Made by a program: the position numbers and the translations under genes
In this document: positions 47,108-62,282 of the stretch, piece by piece
Layout of the letters: the number at the start of each line of letters is the position of its first letter
How positions within the stretch are numbered: position 1 is the stretch's first letter
The notes under the pieces: generated by a model
What the model saw: the letters and a program-made list of their open reading frames with translations, nothing else
What the model was told of the DNA's origin: nothing
Database searches by the model: none
Source: the human T2T-CHM13v2.0 reference genome, Homo sapiens
Reading direction: 5' to 3' (one strand)
Assembly: GCF_009914755.1 (NCBI RefSeq)
Contig: NC_060926.1
Length of the DNA stretch: 64,000 nt

Positions 47108-48326
47108 TTATAGGAAATGACATAAATCTTCAGAAAAATGATAAAATTACATGTAATTCATAAACAATTACGTCATGCTTTTTAAAGTTCATTTTATTAT
47201 AACTAAGCGTAAGGTATCTTAAGTCTCTGGAACAAGGGTATAAGCATGTATCTATGTATTAAATAGTAATGAAACATTTCACAAACATATAGTTCAATGT
47301 TCATATTCAAAAACATATATTAGGATGGGAATCACATTGTATGGCTGTGTTGTAGTGGTGTGTTAGTGTGGCGACTCTGAAAAATTACTCTTACAATTAG
47401 GCGTACATAAATATGACATAATTCTCTCAACACACTTTAGTAACATGGCTTTTCCCCCAATGTGCAAGGTAAAATAGTTTTCCTCTGAGGTACTACTTTC
47501 GTGGCAAAACTTTAGTGACCAAGACCTTTTAAATGAAAGAAATCCATACCATTGTTGTTAGGAGTCCATATTAAGGGCCTATACTGGTATCGAAGTAACT
47601 TAAGATGTTGACCGTGTGGTCAATTTTCTTTTCTCCCATCCTGATATAATGTAATGTGGCCATTTAATGAGTTCTAACTCATTTACTAATGAGCATATTG
47701 TTTCCTCATCACATGCTAGGCAAACAGAAAGTAAACAGCATCTTTTTAGCAAAAACCTTTTCTGGAATTTTTTTTTTAATTGTAATAATATAGGAATAAA
47801 CAACGAAAACCTATAGCAATTACCATAAAAGTTTTAGTGCATTTGTAATATGCTAAGTATTTGATATATTCCTTGTAAAAGACTATTTAAGTAAATCTTT
47901 AGCTGCCGGTGTTTGCTTGCTGTACAGAATCATAAACTATCAATATTCCTAAATTAGCATGGTCCAGTCATCCAACTTATTGCCTCAGTCACTCAATTTT
48001 CAAGTTTATGTACTTTCCTCTCAGTTATCAGATGGTGACTTTTGGATAAATTGTTATGGCAAAAATTTTTTTTAATATCATGGTGAATACATGTTGATGT
48101 GATCTGAATATATAAAATATCAATATCTAAAGATCATTTAGAAAATGTTTATTTTTACTACAAAAGTTATGCATGTTTACATAAGACGTTAAAAGTAAAG
48201 TAAAAACTCATTTCCTGTGACCCTGACAAAACATCATTAGCATTTTATTAAAATTTATCCTAGTTATTTTCTGTGTTTATATATATTTTTGCCTATAATA
48301 ATTTTTATTTATTTTTTACAATTTTC

Positions 48327-48658
<332 letters not shown>

Positions 48659-49685
48659 TAGACATCTAACACTATGTATTCTAACATCAAGCTTAGTACA
48701 CAGTAGACATTTAATAAATGTGATTAGTTAAGTATGTTAAATATCAGATGCTAGAATATTTATACATATATATAATGTATATTTTTAAGGGTTTACACAA
48801 TTCCAGGAGGCACCATTCTCATTATCTACACAAATGGCATTCTCAGGAGGGCACATTTATTTACATAGACTGCAATATAAATGGCCTAGGAAAATGGTGT
48901 CTTCTAGATGTACAATGATATGGCCATGGATGTATATTTGTGTGTATGTATACATGTATATGTATATACATACATATAAGTATACGTGTAATAGCCGCAG
49001 GTATTTCAGTCCATCTATAAAACCAAGGCAAATGTCCTCAAAATTAAATGCATTTTCACTCATTTATTATTTATTCAACAAATATTTATGTTCACTGAAA
49101 CTGAGCTGAGGGCTAGGGAAATAATATATCAGCAAGATAGACATTGTTCTATATCCTTTGAAAATATCATAGGTGACAGTGTACAAGAGTGTTAAAAAGA
49201 GACTTCTACCCATATAAGATACTTAATAGCTCTAACACTGCAGACAGTAGTCAGGAAATACCACTGCACTTCAAATTAGAGTGCCGCACCATCTAAGCCA
49301 GACTTGTAAAAGATGACAAGAGAAATTATTCTGGCAGTATCACACCCTCTACACGTAGTAAGACAAGGCTGAAAATTCATTTGAATCTGGTATTTGAAAG
49401 ATATAATTTCATTGAAAGAAGTCAGCATCCTGTGGCATTTGCCCTTCTTTCTCTCTAGGGAAGAAGAAAGCTTCTTCTTTCCTTCCATATCAAGTGAAGC
49501 TGTCTCAAAAAAGACCATACTGAGAACTTACTTGAGTCCTCAGAAATTGGAAAAGTATCAAAGCTAGATTATGGTTTACTAAAATAAAATAAAAATAAGC
49601 ATCTTTTATTTTTGTTTGTCTTTTAAAAGGTAAGAAGATAGACAGCTTCCCTGCTTACCTGGTGGCAGGGCGAGGAGATACTGTC

Positions 49686-50052
49686 TGTATTAGTCTGTTC
49701 TCATACTGCTACGAAGAAATACCTGAGGCTGGGTAATTTATAAAGAAAAGAGGTTTAATGGACTCACAGTTCCACGTGGTTGGGGAGGCATCAGGAGGCC
49801 TGCAATCATGGCAGAAGGCATCTCTTCACAGGGCGGCAGGAGAGAGAATGAGTGCCGAGCGCAGTGGGGGAAAGCCCCTCATAAAACCATCAGGTCTGGT
49901 GAGAATTCACTCACTACCATGAGAACAGCATGGGGGAACCGCCCCCATGATCTAATCACCTCCTCTGAGGTCCCTCCCCCAACACGTAGGGATTATAATT
50001 CAGATTACAATTCAAGATGGGATTTGGGTGAGGACACAGCCAAACCATACCA
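49686..50052 (-). mobile_element. THE1C-like MaLR solo LTR
   Basis: tgtattagtctgttctca...ctgggtaatttataaagaaaagaggtttaat...tcttcacagggcggcaggagagagaatgag...acagccaaaccatacca; TSD ctgtc / ctgcc. Confidence 0.9.
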
Positions 50053-52019
50053 CTGCCTTTGTCATGAAGGACACTTCTTGTGAGGCAGGGGATGGGCCAT
50101 ATTTCTTGTAAATCGGATATGGTTGCCACACAAGAGAGAGAACTGGGAGAAGTCTTGAATAGGACTTTGTCCAAGATGTCCTGCTGAAGGGATGTAGTAA
50201 CCACAGCAAAAGGAGGCTGGAAACAGTACTAAGGGGCATTATAAGTGTCCTGCATTTGGAGGAATCACTTCTTAGGAATAACAAATGAGGTCTCTAGGGG
50301 AGGATTCTCTGAAGAAGTCACAAGTACCCTACAAAAGAAAAAACAAACAGATTTTGGACATCAGCCACTTTAGGGCGTCAATGACATAAGGCAACTGTGC
50401 CAGTCATTTCAGCTTTCCTCTACTTCTCACCACTTCTCCATCCCACACAGAGGACTCAAGAGACAATGTAGAGTAAAAATTCAAGGCAGGGAAAGAAAGA
50501 AGCTGTAATGACTTCCTGTTTTATCTATTTCAAGACAAACTGGAAGATAGAAGGTGAGAGTGATTAGCTCTCAGGGTTTTTATATCAGACTGGACTGGGA
50601 TTTTTAAGACCATGAGGTAGCTTGAAAAGCAATGAACTTTAATTGAAATTTTATCTATCACAGGAAAGAAGCTGTTGAAAGGGGAAATTGAACAAAGTAT
50701 AAAATCATGTTCTTCTTACATTTTATCCAGTTTGCTTTATTCTAGTAACCATTCACAAAGAACAATGATAACAAACTATCAAAAGTTCTATAACATGAGA
50801 AAAAAAGGATGTTATGGGAACACAGGAAGAGCTTTGCTTCCAGCGACCCAAGCTACTCTCCTAGCAAATCTTCCACTGATGACAGTAAAGAGAGAGTGAT
50901 CTTGGATCCCTGGTAAATCCTGCCTCAGATACTGAATGTAGAGGTGAGCTCTCTCCAAGAGGTGGATGGAAAGCCAGAAATCCAGGAGCTAAGTAGGTAC
51001 AAACAACTCGAGGACAATATATTGCCTGTGTCTCAGGATGTGCAGTGGAATATTTTTAGTGTACTCAACTTTCTTTTGTGGTGTCTGCCAAAAACTCTCA
51101 TAAGCATCCCATAAGGGAAAGAAAGCTTTAAACACCTGTCACATTCAGAAATTGCTGAGCCATCTTACAATAATTCCAGTCAAGAAAGAACTTAGGTGTT
51201 CTTCTCACCCTTTTTTTTCTTCCTCCTCTTTGGCCCTAGAGGGGAGACAGAAATAACAGCTAACAGGTGGCAGGGAAGGGGAATAAAAGAGATTTTTACA
51301 GTTGAACAAAATTGGAAACTCAAATTATTCATATGGTTTAGGGCTTTTATAATTACTAAATTACTAAACTATATCTTTGACTTTAAAGTCAGCCAAATTT
51401 TTCCATTTCCTAATAATAAGAAAAATAATGAACAAGCATGGCCCCTACTATGTGCCAAACATGATTGTAAGAACTATTACCTCCTAATCCTCATAATAAT
51501 GCTAAAATGCAGAAATTCATAACACTCTGCATTTCATAGGGAAAACTGAGGCACACAGTTAAATGACTTGCCCAATTTTATTGGGATTTAAACCCAACGA
51601 ATCTGGTAACAGAGTACATGATCCTAATCACTACTTTATAAGTTAAAAGAGAAGATAAATGATGTAGTTTTCATTAAGTGCCAGACATCGGGAACCCAAC
51701 CCCCACTAAGTAGGTTTGAATGGAGAGAGGGAGACAATAACAAAGTTGCTTCTACGGCTATAATTCTTTGTTCAATGTACTGATTGCTTACTTTGTACTT
51801 CAGCTGGCCGTTAGAAGCTACTGAAGAGTTTTAAAATGATTTGTTCCTATGATGGGATTTGCTTTTCAGTGTGATCACTGTGACTTCTTTGTAGAGACTG
51901 GTTTGGAGGAGTATAAGAGTGGAAGAAAATAGGTAGATCAGAAAGACTATTATGAGCGGACTGCTGCCTGAACAAAGTAATGAAAGTGGGATGGATGGAA
52001 AAGATTCAAGTTAGGTAGA

Positions 52020-52027
52020 TCTATCTG

Positions 52028-52078
<51 letters not shown>

Positions 52079-52091
52079 GTCCATTCATCCA
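52020..52091. repeat. Compound tetranucleotide STR TCTA TCTG (TCTA)12 TCTG TCCA TTCA TCCA
   Basis: Counted directly from the sequence. Confidence 0.95.
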
Positions 52092-53968
52092 TCTAAGACA
52101 GAGTAAATTGGACCTAATGATTGGATATGGAGGTGAGAAAACATTAAGTTATAAATTTCCATGTGTGTATGTGAAACTGCTAAAGTACATCATAAAATAT
52201 CATAAAGTTAGAGTAAGGATCAAATTAGATAATTCGTGACAAGCGCTTGCCACCATGAACTGTAAGTGGCTAAGGAAGTTTGCTGAAGTGAAAATAGCTT
52301 GGGTTCTAGCACCGTGTGTATATCCTGGGGAAGGTGTTGTACTCTCTGTTCCTCTGGCATCTTATCTGTGAAATATCAGTACCTTCCTCATGGTATATAT
52401 TGAGTGAATTACGTGAAATGATTCTTGTGAAGAGATTAGCACAATTGCTGACACACTATAGATCTCAATTAATGCTAGCCATCTTTTACTAGACTGTTTT
52501 CTTTTCATCTACCTGACATTAGTTGTATGGCTTTTTGAGGTTAATTTCTGCATGTCACAAAGCACACTGTTTTCCTCAGAAGAAGCTGATATTTCATAAA
52601 GCTAGTTTATTGCTCTTATGCAAATGGGGCAGTACTTTAAGACTGTTAACTACTGAAAAAACTAGTATTTTGTCATGATGCAAGTGAGGAGGGTACTGGG
52701 ACACCACTCCTTCCCCATGGGTCAGATAATTAGTTAAGTGGGAAAAAGTTACAAACCACACAGTGCACTATTGTATCTAGTAGGAAGTGATAAAACTATT
52801 ATCAAGGATTAATATTGCCCTCATCTATTTGTTTAAGGCCTATAACAAAGATTTCATGGGAATTTTCTACATTTTTATTTTCTAATTTTTACATATGACC
52901 TCTAATTTGGTTCTGAAATGAAATCAACTTTTAGTTCTTTTTTTATCTCAAGTGTATTACATTTTTGGAGATGTTATTTATAATACTTTGATTTTTCAAA
53001 TTAATAAATTGAAGATGCAATACAGTATTCAATTTGCTGCAAAACTCTACTCTTCATACGAAAATAGAGATAGAGCTATGACCTAAAGATTAATACACAG
53101 CTCCATCACAGCATAGCTTGAAATGTTAAACAGCTGATGTACAAAATGATTTGAGAGTATCAGTGAATAATACACAGAAGTGCATACTGTAAACAAAGCA
53201 AACATTTCTAAATTGAGAGCTGTCTAATTCTAGAGGCAAACTCAGAATTTGGATTTAAGAAGATAATTATAGGGGAGAAAGAAAGTAACAACTATGTTTT
53301 CTTAAACCAAGATAGAGAGTAAGAAACATCCTTAACCAGGAAGCTATTGTCTTAAACTGCTGTTGTTTTGGCATCATTCATAATCACTTACCAACTATTT
53401 TTTTGAGGGTAAATCAGGTTATCTTCTGTTTATAATTCTTCTGAGGGCAACTTAACTTCTTTTCTTTAACCTATCATTTCTAACTACCTTCAAGTTTAGC
53501 CGTATACAACTTAAATCACATTTTGCTACACTTTTTAGATCTTGAGATTGTTTTTTGGCTACTCTGTCATCAGTGTAATTTTTAAAATTCTATTTGCTAT
53601 CGGTAGGACCTGGAGTTTACACATAGCCAGAATTAAAATGTATTGACAAGTGAAAATAAGTTCTTTGATCTCAGTGGGGAAAAGGGATGCAGCTCTGCAC
53701 TCCTGAATTCTACCACTTTCATATTCTGAGCCTTTGAAGTTTTTCTTTGCTTTCCTGCACATCCTTTGGTTCATAGTTTGTGCTTATTTTTTTTCCTGAT
53801 AAAATTGTTTGACAGGCTTAGAGCTGTAAAGATAGGAGTGTTGTTTAATAAATAAAAATAAAAAGATAATTAATTGTTTCTGTAAGGTCGAATGCATAAT
53901 CCATAGAGAGCTTCTTTCTGCTGTACTCGCTCCCTACGTAACTCAACTGTGAAAAGCAGAAACTTTTC

Positions 53969-54271
53969 TTTTTTTTTTTTTTTTTTGAGACGGAATCTCG
54001 TCTGTCGCCCAGGCTGGAGCGCAGTGGTGCCTGCCATCTCAGCTCACTGCAAGCTCCGCCTCCCAGGTACATGCCATTCTCCGGCCTCAGGCTCCTGAGT
54101 AGCTAGGACTACAGGCGCCCGCCACCAAGCCTGGCTAATTTTTGTTGCATTTTTAGTAGAGACAGGGTTTCACCATGTTAGCCAGGATGGTCTCGATCTC
54201 CTGACCTCGTGATCCGCCCGCCTCAGCTTCCCAAAGTGCTGGGATTACAGGTGTGAGCCACTGCGCCCGGC
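53969..54271 (-). mobile_element. AluY
   Basis: caagctccgcctcc, gccattctcc, gttagccaggatggtctcgatctcc; poly(T). Confidence 0.96.
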
Positions 54272-54284
54272 AAAAGTAGGACCT

Positions 54285-54425
54285 TTTCTATCTCCAGTGT
54301 GAATTTAACCACCTGGCAATATTTGAAAGGTAGAGATTCTGACTCAGAACGTCCGGAGACTTAAACTCTTTTTTTTTTTAAACAAGTTTCCAGATGGTCT
54401 TCAGGGGACCACATTTTGAGCAGTA
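54285..54425. mobile_element. MER5-like hAT-Charlie fragment
   Basis: agagattctgactcag...tttaaacaagtttccag...ggaccacattttgag. Confidence 0.55.
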
Positions 54426-55121
54426 AAGATAAACAGGAAGAAAGGAAAGCAGAAGTATTCTAAATACATTACTTCAATACTGTTCACTATGTTAGACATC
54501 TTACATCCATTATCTGCTATTAACTCCTATAATATGTAGTATTATCCCTAAAATATAGGAAAATAAATAGACACAGATGTAGCAATACATAGTAACAAAC
54601 TGATCTTTTTGCAAGATACAGATTACAAAATTATTTAACCTCTGAGTGTCTTACTTTCCATTTTACAAAATGGGGTTTTAAACATAAGACCCAAAACCAT
54701 AAAAACCCTAGAAGAAAACCTAGGCAGTAACATTCAGGACATAGGCATGGGCTTAGACTTCATGACTAAAACACGAAAAGCAATGGCAACAATGCCAAAA
54801 TTGACAAATGGGATCTAATTAAACTAAATAGCTTCTGCACAGCAAAAGAAACTATCACCGGAGTTAAAAAGGCAACCTACAGAATGGGAGAAAATTTTTG
54901 CAACCTATCCATCTGACAAAGGGATAATATCCAGAATCTACAAAGAACTTAAACAAGTTTACAAAAAAAAAAAAAAAAAAAAAGAAAACCACCAAATAGT
55001 GGGCAAAGGATATGAACAGACACTTCTCAAAAGCAGACATTTATGTGGCCAGTAAACAAATGAAAAAAGCTCATAATCACTGGTCACTAGAGAAATGCAA
55101 ACCAAAACCACAATGAGATAC

Positions 55122-56450
55122 TGAGAGGTGACAGCATGCTGGCAGTCCTCAGAGCCCTCGCTTGCTCTCGGCACCCCCCCTGCCTGGGCTCCCACTTTGG
55201 TGGCATTTGAGGAGCCCTTCAGTCCCCCCACTGCACTGTGGGAGCCCCTTTCTGGGCTGGCCAAGGCTGGAGCCCACTCCCTCAGCTTTCAGGGAGGTGT
55301 GGAGGGAGAGGCACCAGCGGGAACCGGGGCTGCCTGCGGTGCTTGCAGGCCAGCTGGAGTTCCGGGTGGGCGTGGGCTTGGTGGGCCCCGCACTGGAAGC
55401 AGCCAGCCAGCCCTGCTGGCCCGGGGCAATGGGGGACTTAGCACCCGGGCCAGTGGCTGCGGAGGTTGTACTGAGTCCCCCAGCAGTGCCGGCCCACCTG
55501 CGCTGTGCTCGATTTCTCGTGGGGCCTTAGCTGCCTTCCCGCGGGGCAGGGCTCGGGACCTGCAGCCCGCCATGCCTGAGCCTCCCACCCACTCCATGGG
55601 CTCCTGTGCAGCCCAAGCCTCCCCGACGAGCACCACCCCCTACTCCACGGCGCCCAGTCCCATCGACCACCCAAGGGCTGAGGAATGCGAGCACACGGCG
55701 CAGGACTGGCAGGCAGCTCCACCTGCAGCCCTGGTGCGGGATCCACTAGGTGAAGCCAGCTGGGCTCCTGAGTCTGGTGGGGACGTGGAGTCTTTATATC
55801 TAGTTCAGGGATTGTAAATACACCAATCAGCACCCTGTGTTTAGCTCAAGGTTTGTGAGTGCACCAGTCGACACTCGGTATCTAGCTGCTCTGGTGAGGA
55901 CGTGGAGAACCTTTATGTCTAGCTCAGGGATTGTAAATACACCAATCGGCACTCTGTATCTAGCTCAAGGTTTGTAAATACACCAATCAGCACCCTGTGT
56001 TTAGCTCAAGGTTTGTGAGTGCACCAATCGACACTCTGTATCTAGCTGCTCTGGTGGGGCCTTGGAGAACCTTTATGTCTAGCTCAAGGATTGTAAATAC
56101 ACCAATAGGCACTCTGTATCTAGCTCAAGGTTTGTAAACACACCAATCAGCACCCTGTGTTTAGCTCAAGGTTTGTGAATGCACCAATCGACACTCTGTA
56201 TCTAGCTGCTCTGGTGGGGCCTTGGAGAACCTGTGTGTCGAATCTCTGTATCTAACTAATCTGATGCAGAGGCGGAGAACCTTTGTATCTAGCTCAGGGA
56301 TTGTAAACACACCAATCAGCACCCTGACAAAACAGGCCACTTGGCTCTACCAATCAGCAGGATGTGGGTGGGGCCAGATAAGAGAATAAAAGCAGGCTGC
56401 CCGAGCCAGCATTGGCAACCAGCTCCGGTCACCCACCAATTCCGGACACA
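55122..56450 (+). mobile_element. LTR12C solo LTR (ERV9) with R/U5 deletion
   Basis: tgagaggtgacagc...ccggacaca; TSD atac at 55118-55121 and 56451-56454; GC/CpG-rich 5' part; tandem CCAAT units. Confidence 0.95.
55795..56400 (+). promoter_or_regulatory. LTR12C U3 enhancer/promoter: CCAAT (NF-Y) array, GC box, GATA and TATA-like element
   Basis: About nine CCAAT boxes in tandem units, then gggtgggg, agataaga and aataaaa. Activity is inferred from known ERV9 LTR biology. Confidence 0.65.
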
Positions 56451-57159
56451 ATACCATCTCATGCTAGTTAGATCGGCAATCATTAAAAAGTCAGGAAACA
56501 ACAGATGCTGGAGAGGAGGTGGAGAAATAGGAATGCTTTTACACTGTTGGTGGGAGTATAAATTAGTTCAATGATTGTGGAAGACAGTGTGGCAATTCCT
56601 CAAGGATCTAGAACCAGAAATACCATTTGACCCAGCAATCCCATTACTGAGTATATACCCAAAGGATTATAAATCATTCTACTGCAAACACACATGCACA
56701 CGTATGTTTATTGCAACACTGTTCACAATAGTAAAGACTTGGAACCAACCCAAATACCCATCAGTGATAGACTGGATAAAGAAAATGTGGCACATATTCA
56801 CTATGGAATACTATGCAGCCATAAAAAAGGATGAGTTCATGTCCTTTGCAGGGATATGGATGAAACTAGAACAATCATTCTCAGTAAACTAACACAGGAA
56901 CAGAAAACCAAACACCACATGTTCTCACTCATAAGTGGGATTTGAACAATGAGAATTCATGGGCACACGGAGGGGAACATCACACACCAGGGCCTTTCGG
57001 GGGCTGGGGATCTAGGGGAGCAATAAGATTAGGAGAAATACCTAATGTAGATGAGGGGTTGATGGGTGCAGCAAACCATCATGGCACGTGTATACCTATG
57101 TAATAAACCTGCTGGTTCTGCACATGTATCCCAGAACTTAAAGTATAAGAAAAAAAATA

Positions 57160-57860
<701 letters not shown>

Positions 57861-57910
57861 CCAAGTAAGTTCTTAAAACATTTTCTATCATTATTATAAT
57901 TCCAATTTTA

Positions 57911-58207
57911 TTTTATTATTAGTTTTTGAGATGGAGTCTTTCTCTGTAACCCAGGCTGAGTGCAGTGGCTTGATCTCGGCTCACTGCAACCTGTGCTTCC
58001 TGGGTTCAAGCTGCCTCTTGCCTCAGCCTCCCGAGTAGCTGGGATTAAAGGCACCTGCCAACCCGCCCAGCTCATTTTTGTATTTTTAGTAGAGATGGGG
58101 TTTCACCATGTTGGCGAGGCTCGTCTCGAACTCCTGACCTCAAGTGATCTGCACACCTCGGCCTCCCAAAGTGCTGAGATTACAGGCGTAAGCCACCGCG
58201 CCTGGCC
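57911..58207 (-). mobile_element. AluSx/Sz-like
   Basis: Antisense Alu; 16-bp TSD tataattccaatttta at 57895-57910 and 58208-58223. Confidence 0.95.
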
Positions 58208-59704
58208 TATAATTCCAATTTTAGCAGTATATCTTGCTAATCAACCAAAAGGAACACTTAAGTGCTTATATTTTATATTTACTGTTAGTCATTTAGAAAT
58301 GATACAATTTGAATTATAGATGTAATTGACAAATTTGTACTTTCATTGACCTGATTGGTTAAGATACTTAATCATATGATACCACTTTTCCTCTTTAAAC
58401 GGTAATAACCATTCATTGCAAATTACTAATATACTGACTTACTCATAGTTTTCACTAGTCAGCACTGAAGCATACTGCGTGTGTATTTTGTTCTCAGCAT
58501 GGAAAAGTACATGTCAAATAGTAAACCCTAGTATGCCAATCATTTAGTAACTTCAAGATTACTAATTACCATAATGTTGAAGTGCTAAGATTATCAGGGT
58601 ATAATGCATTCATTATGTTAATGATTCTTTATCTTATCCAAGAATCACACATTTTCCCTGGGAGCAAAAAGAATCAAAAGAACCAACTGGAAGCTTTTAA
58701 TAAAAGTTTATGCATTTAAGCGTGTGATTAACCGACAATCATATTACAAGTGCTTTATTTTAAAGGAAATAATAAAAAGAAAAAACTGTTTATAACGGGT
58801 AAGATTTTCTTTCTAAACATAATTGACATTTCACTAACTGAAATTGGAATTACCAAAGAAGTGTAAGACATGTCTTGTGCCCTCAAGGGGGAAGAAATAT
58901 TACATACAAATAATGAAACTAATTATAGTCTAAACTCATAGAAAAACAACTACTTATAAAGAATTAAAAATGGGAGAAATAAGGTTAGATAGGAGTAGTC
59001 ACAGAAGTGATGAAAGAGACGTTAACTCAAATTTGAAAGATAAGTACAGGTGGATAGAGTGTAGAAATGAAAAACAGCTACTCAGAACAAAGTATCTCTT
59101 TTTCTTTTTTGGAAGAACATAGTACTAAGCATCAGAAAATTTGAATTTAAAGTTGAATTTAAATTGACTGTACATTCCTTGAAATGTGTTCTCTCATTTG
59201 TAGAATGGGAGATTTAGAAAAGAGGTTTCCCTAACTACTCTATGCTTCTTTAACTGTAAAATTTTAGGCCTAGCTATATAGGGCAGGAAATAGAAGGGCA
59301 CATGCAGAGCACAGGTATTAGGGCCTGGTAGTAAACATGGTTGTGTGCAGAGCATGGGTCAAACTATACGGCCTTCAGAACCTAGTACTTGAGATGGAAT
59401 CAGTACCTGCTGCTAAGGATGGTAATAAGAAGGAATTTCACATGAGATCAGGATTATGATGCGGTTTAGGACAAGCAATCCAGTGGATATAAAAAGTAAG
59501 ATACAAGACAGATATGACAATATTGGAAAGGCTGTGTAACATGCAGATTGACTCTGAATTGTCAGTGAAAGTGGATGACATCACCATCCAAGCAGTTGAA
59601 ATGGGCTCTGTGGGGAAATGTCAGAGCTGTACAGAAAAAAAAATAGGTGCCCAGAATTCATAACAGGAAACTCAGTTGTTTGGGGGGCTTAGGATTTGAT
59701 TTTT

Positions 59705-59856
59705 ATTTCTAAGCCTCTTTTATAAGGGCATCAATTTCACTTATGGGGGTTCTGGCCTCATGATCCAATCACTTCCCAAAGGCTCCATCTCTTAATACCA
59801 AAATGTTGGGGATTAAGTTTCCACATGAATTTTGAGGGGACACCAACATTCAGAAC
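59705..59856 (-). mobile_element. MLT1A/MST LTR fragment
   Basis: tcttttataagggca...ctcatgatccaatcacttcccaaaggctccatctcttaatacca...acattcagaacat. Confidence 0.7.
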
Positions 59857-61193
59857 ATGAACAGGGACTTCCATTTGGAGAGATTTTGAAGAGTAACACT
59901 CCTGGCCTTTCCTCCAGCCCGGATTTTCTCCTCTCCTATGGATAAAGAGTGACTTATCTGATTGGAAATTATAGCTCCTTTCTTGCTCTTGTTATAATTA
60001 GATAAGCATTCTGGTCTACTCTTTATCATCCAGTAAGTAGCCTGCCCCTGTGTGGATGGCATGTGGCTGGCCAGCTTAGCCTCTCTGGGATTTAGATACT
60101 AATTTAGATAATCATACTAATAATAAAGAGCTGACTCTCTGCTCTTTGTTGTTCAGGGTAAAATCTTAGGAAACCCACTGTGTTTGCATATGAAAGCCAG
60201 GTTCTATAATCCATGCTACGCCTTCTGTCTGTCTCATTTGCTTCTGAAGTCTGAGGGAAAGATGGGTGTTATTTTGCACTGAATTACCACAAAGGATCAA
60301 ATTGTTGAATCGAATGTAGAAGGACAGAGAGCTTACCCAGTCTTAAATTTTACCAATAGCTTCAAGGATGCAAGCACTCAAGAAACATGGACAAAAAAGA
60401 GAGTGGTTGGGGACATCTTTTATGGCTTGCCAGGTCTTCCTTTGCTTCAAGAGAAATGCATTCTAACCCAGAGGAATAGAATGTTTGCAGATCACCTCAG
60501 CTAGTAGAGATTTTTAGGTTATGAAACAAGTTTATTTCACAGCCAAATTGTTATAGGGCTTATATAACCATTTCCAGGGAGCTGTGCTTCAAAAATTCAC
60601 AGACTCTCGGTTTGTATACTATAGAAAATGCCAAACCAGGGATATCCTGTCTAGATCATTCTATAGATAAGAATGGTCTTCCCTGTAAATACCTTTAGTT
60701 TATTTACCAGGAAGTGCCTCATCAGCATGTTTATAAAGATTACTTAGGTAGCTTGCTTCTTTCTTTGGCATGTCTCTTGGTCATCAGGGTGAGAGAGAGA
60801 AAGAAAGATAAACCACAGGCACATTGCTTTAACTTCTTCCTCCCCAGACCCATTAAATTTCCACAGACTGGAATAGGGAAGTGTAGGAGTGAAAACAGAC
60901 ATAGGTCTGCTTCTAGCATTAAGCCAAGTAACTATTTTTACTTGACATGAGTGGAAATAGTATAAGGAAAATATTGTCTTGGGAAAAATAGCTCACTGGG
61001 ACGTTATAGAAGAGTTTAAGGGTGAATAAATGGAGATGCAATGACTAGTCAGAAAGCATGATTTAGTGAGTCTGAGCGTTACTGTGGTAGCAATGACAAT
61101 GGGGAGGAAGGAGTAAAACACAAAGGTATTTTAAAGAAAGAAATGACAGAAATTGGTAACTTTAGCATTAAGGATAGAAGAAAGATAAGACTA

Positions 61194-61620
<427 letters not shown>

Positions 61621-61842
61621 AAACTAAGTTTAATTGATGAGTATGAAAACATGCCAGATCATCCCAAAGGATGTATTAGGGAAAAGCAGAATTTGTGAGT
61701 ATGTGAAAATTTGGAAATTAGTTGGAGAAATCTAATAGTTGATTTATTCAGTCAACAAATAGGCCAGTATGCACACTCTCAATTTAAGGCATGAGAGATA
61801 TAATGTGACTAAAACGTCCAAAACCAAATAAGACTCTGCTCC

Positions 61843-62131
61843 TTTTTTTTTTTCTTTGAGGCATAGCCTGGCTCTGTCACCCAGGCTGGAGTGCAGTGGC
61901 TTGATCTTGGCTCACTGCAGTCTCAAACTCCCTGAGCTCAGGTGATACTCCCACCTCAGCCTCCCTAGCAGCTGGGACCTCAGGTGTGTACCATCATGCC
62001 CAGCTAATTTTTGTAGAGACAGGGTTTTGTCACTTTGCCCAGGCTGGTCTGGAACTCCTGAGCTCAAGTGATCCAGCTGCTTAGGCCTCTCAAAGGGCTG
62101 GTATTACAGGCATGAACCACTGCACTGAGCC
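61843..62131 (-). mobile_element. AluJ
   Basis: Antisense Alu with J features (gagctcaagtgatcc); TSD ctctgctc. Confidence 0.92.
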
Positions 62132-62282
62132 AACTCTCTGCTCTTTGTTATTCAATTGCTGTGTGCCTCACTAATCTGATTCTTAGTACTCCCAAACTCT
62201 GACCTTAGTGATATAACCATATTCTAAATTCATCATCATAGAATGCCCATCCATCCTCATTTCTGTTCTGTCTAGCCAAACC

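Larger units (their letters stand above)
54677..57159 (+). mobile_element. 5'-truncated L1PA7/8-like element, interrupted by LTR12C
   Basis: ORF2 3' part (aaaaccctagaagaaaacctaggc...; [11 protein letters not shown]) and 3'UTR (ctaatgtagatga...gcagcaaacc...tatcccagaacttaaagta). Confidence 0.92.

Noticed and set aside
52020-52091. Forensic locus D8S1179 or vWA
   Set aside because: The repeat structure is similar, but the flanks do not match those loci as I recall them.
55128-55833. 229-aa and overlapping ORFs as a gene
   Set aside because: They lie entirely within the GC-rich LTR12C U3, where stop codons are scarce. I recognise no protein domain.
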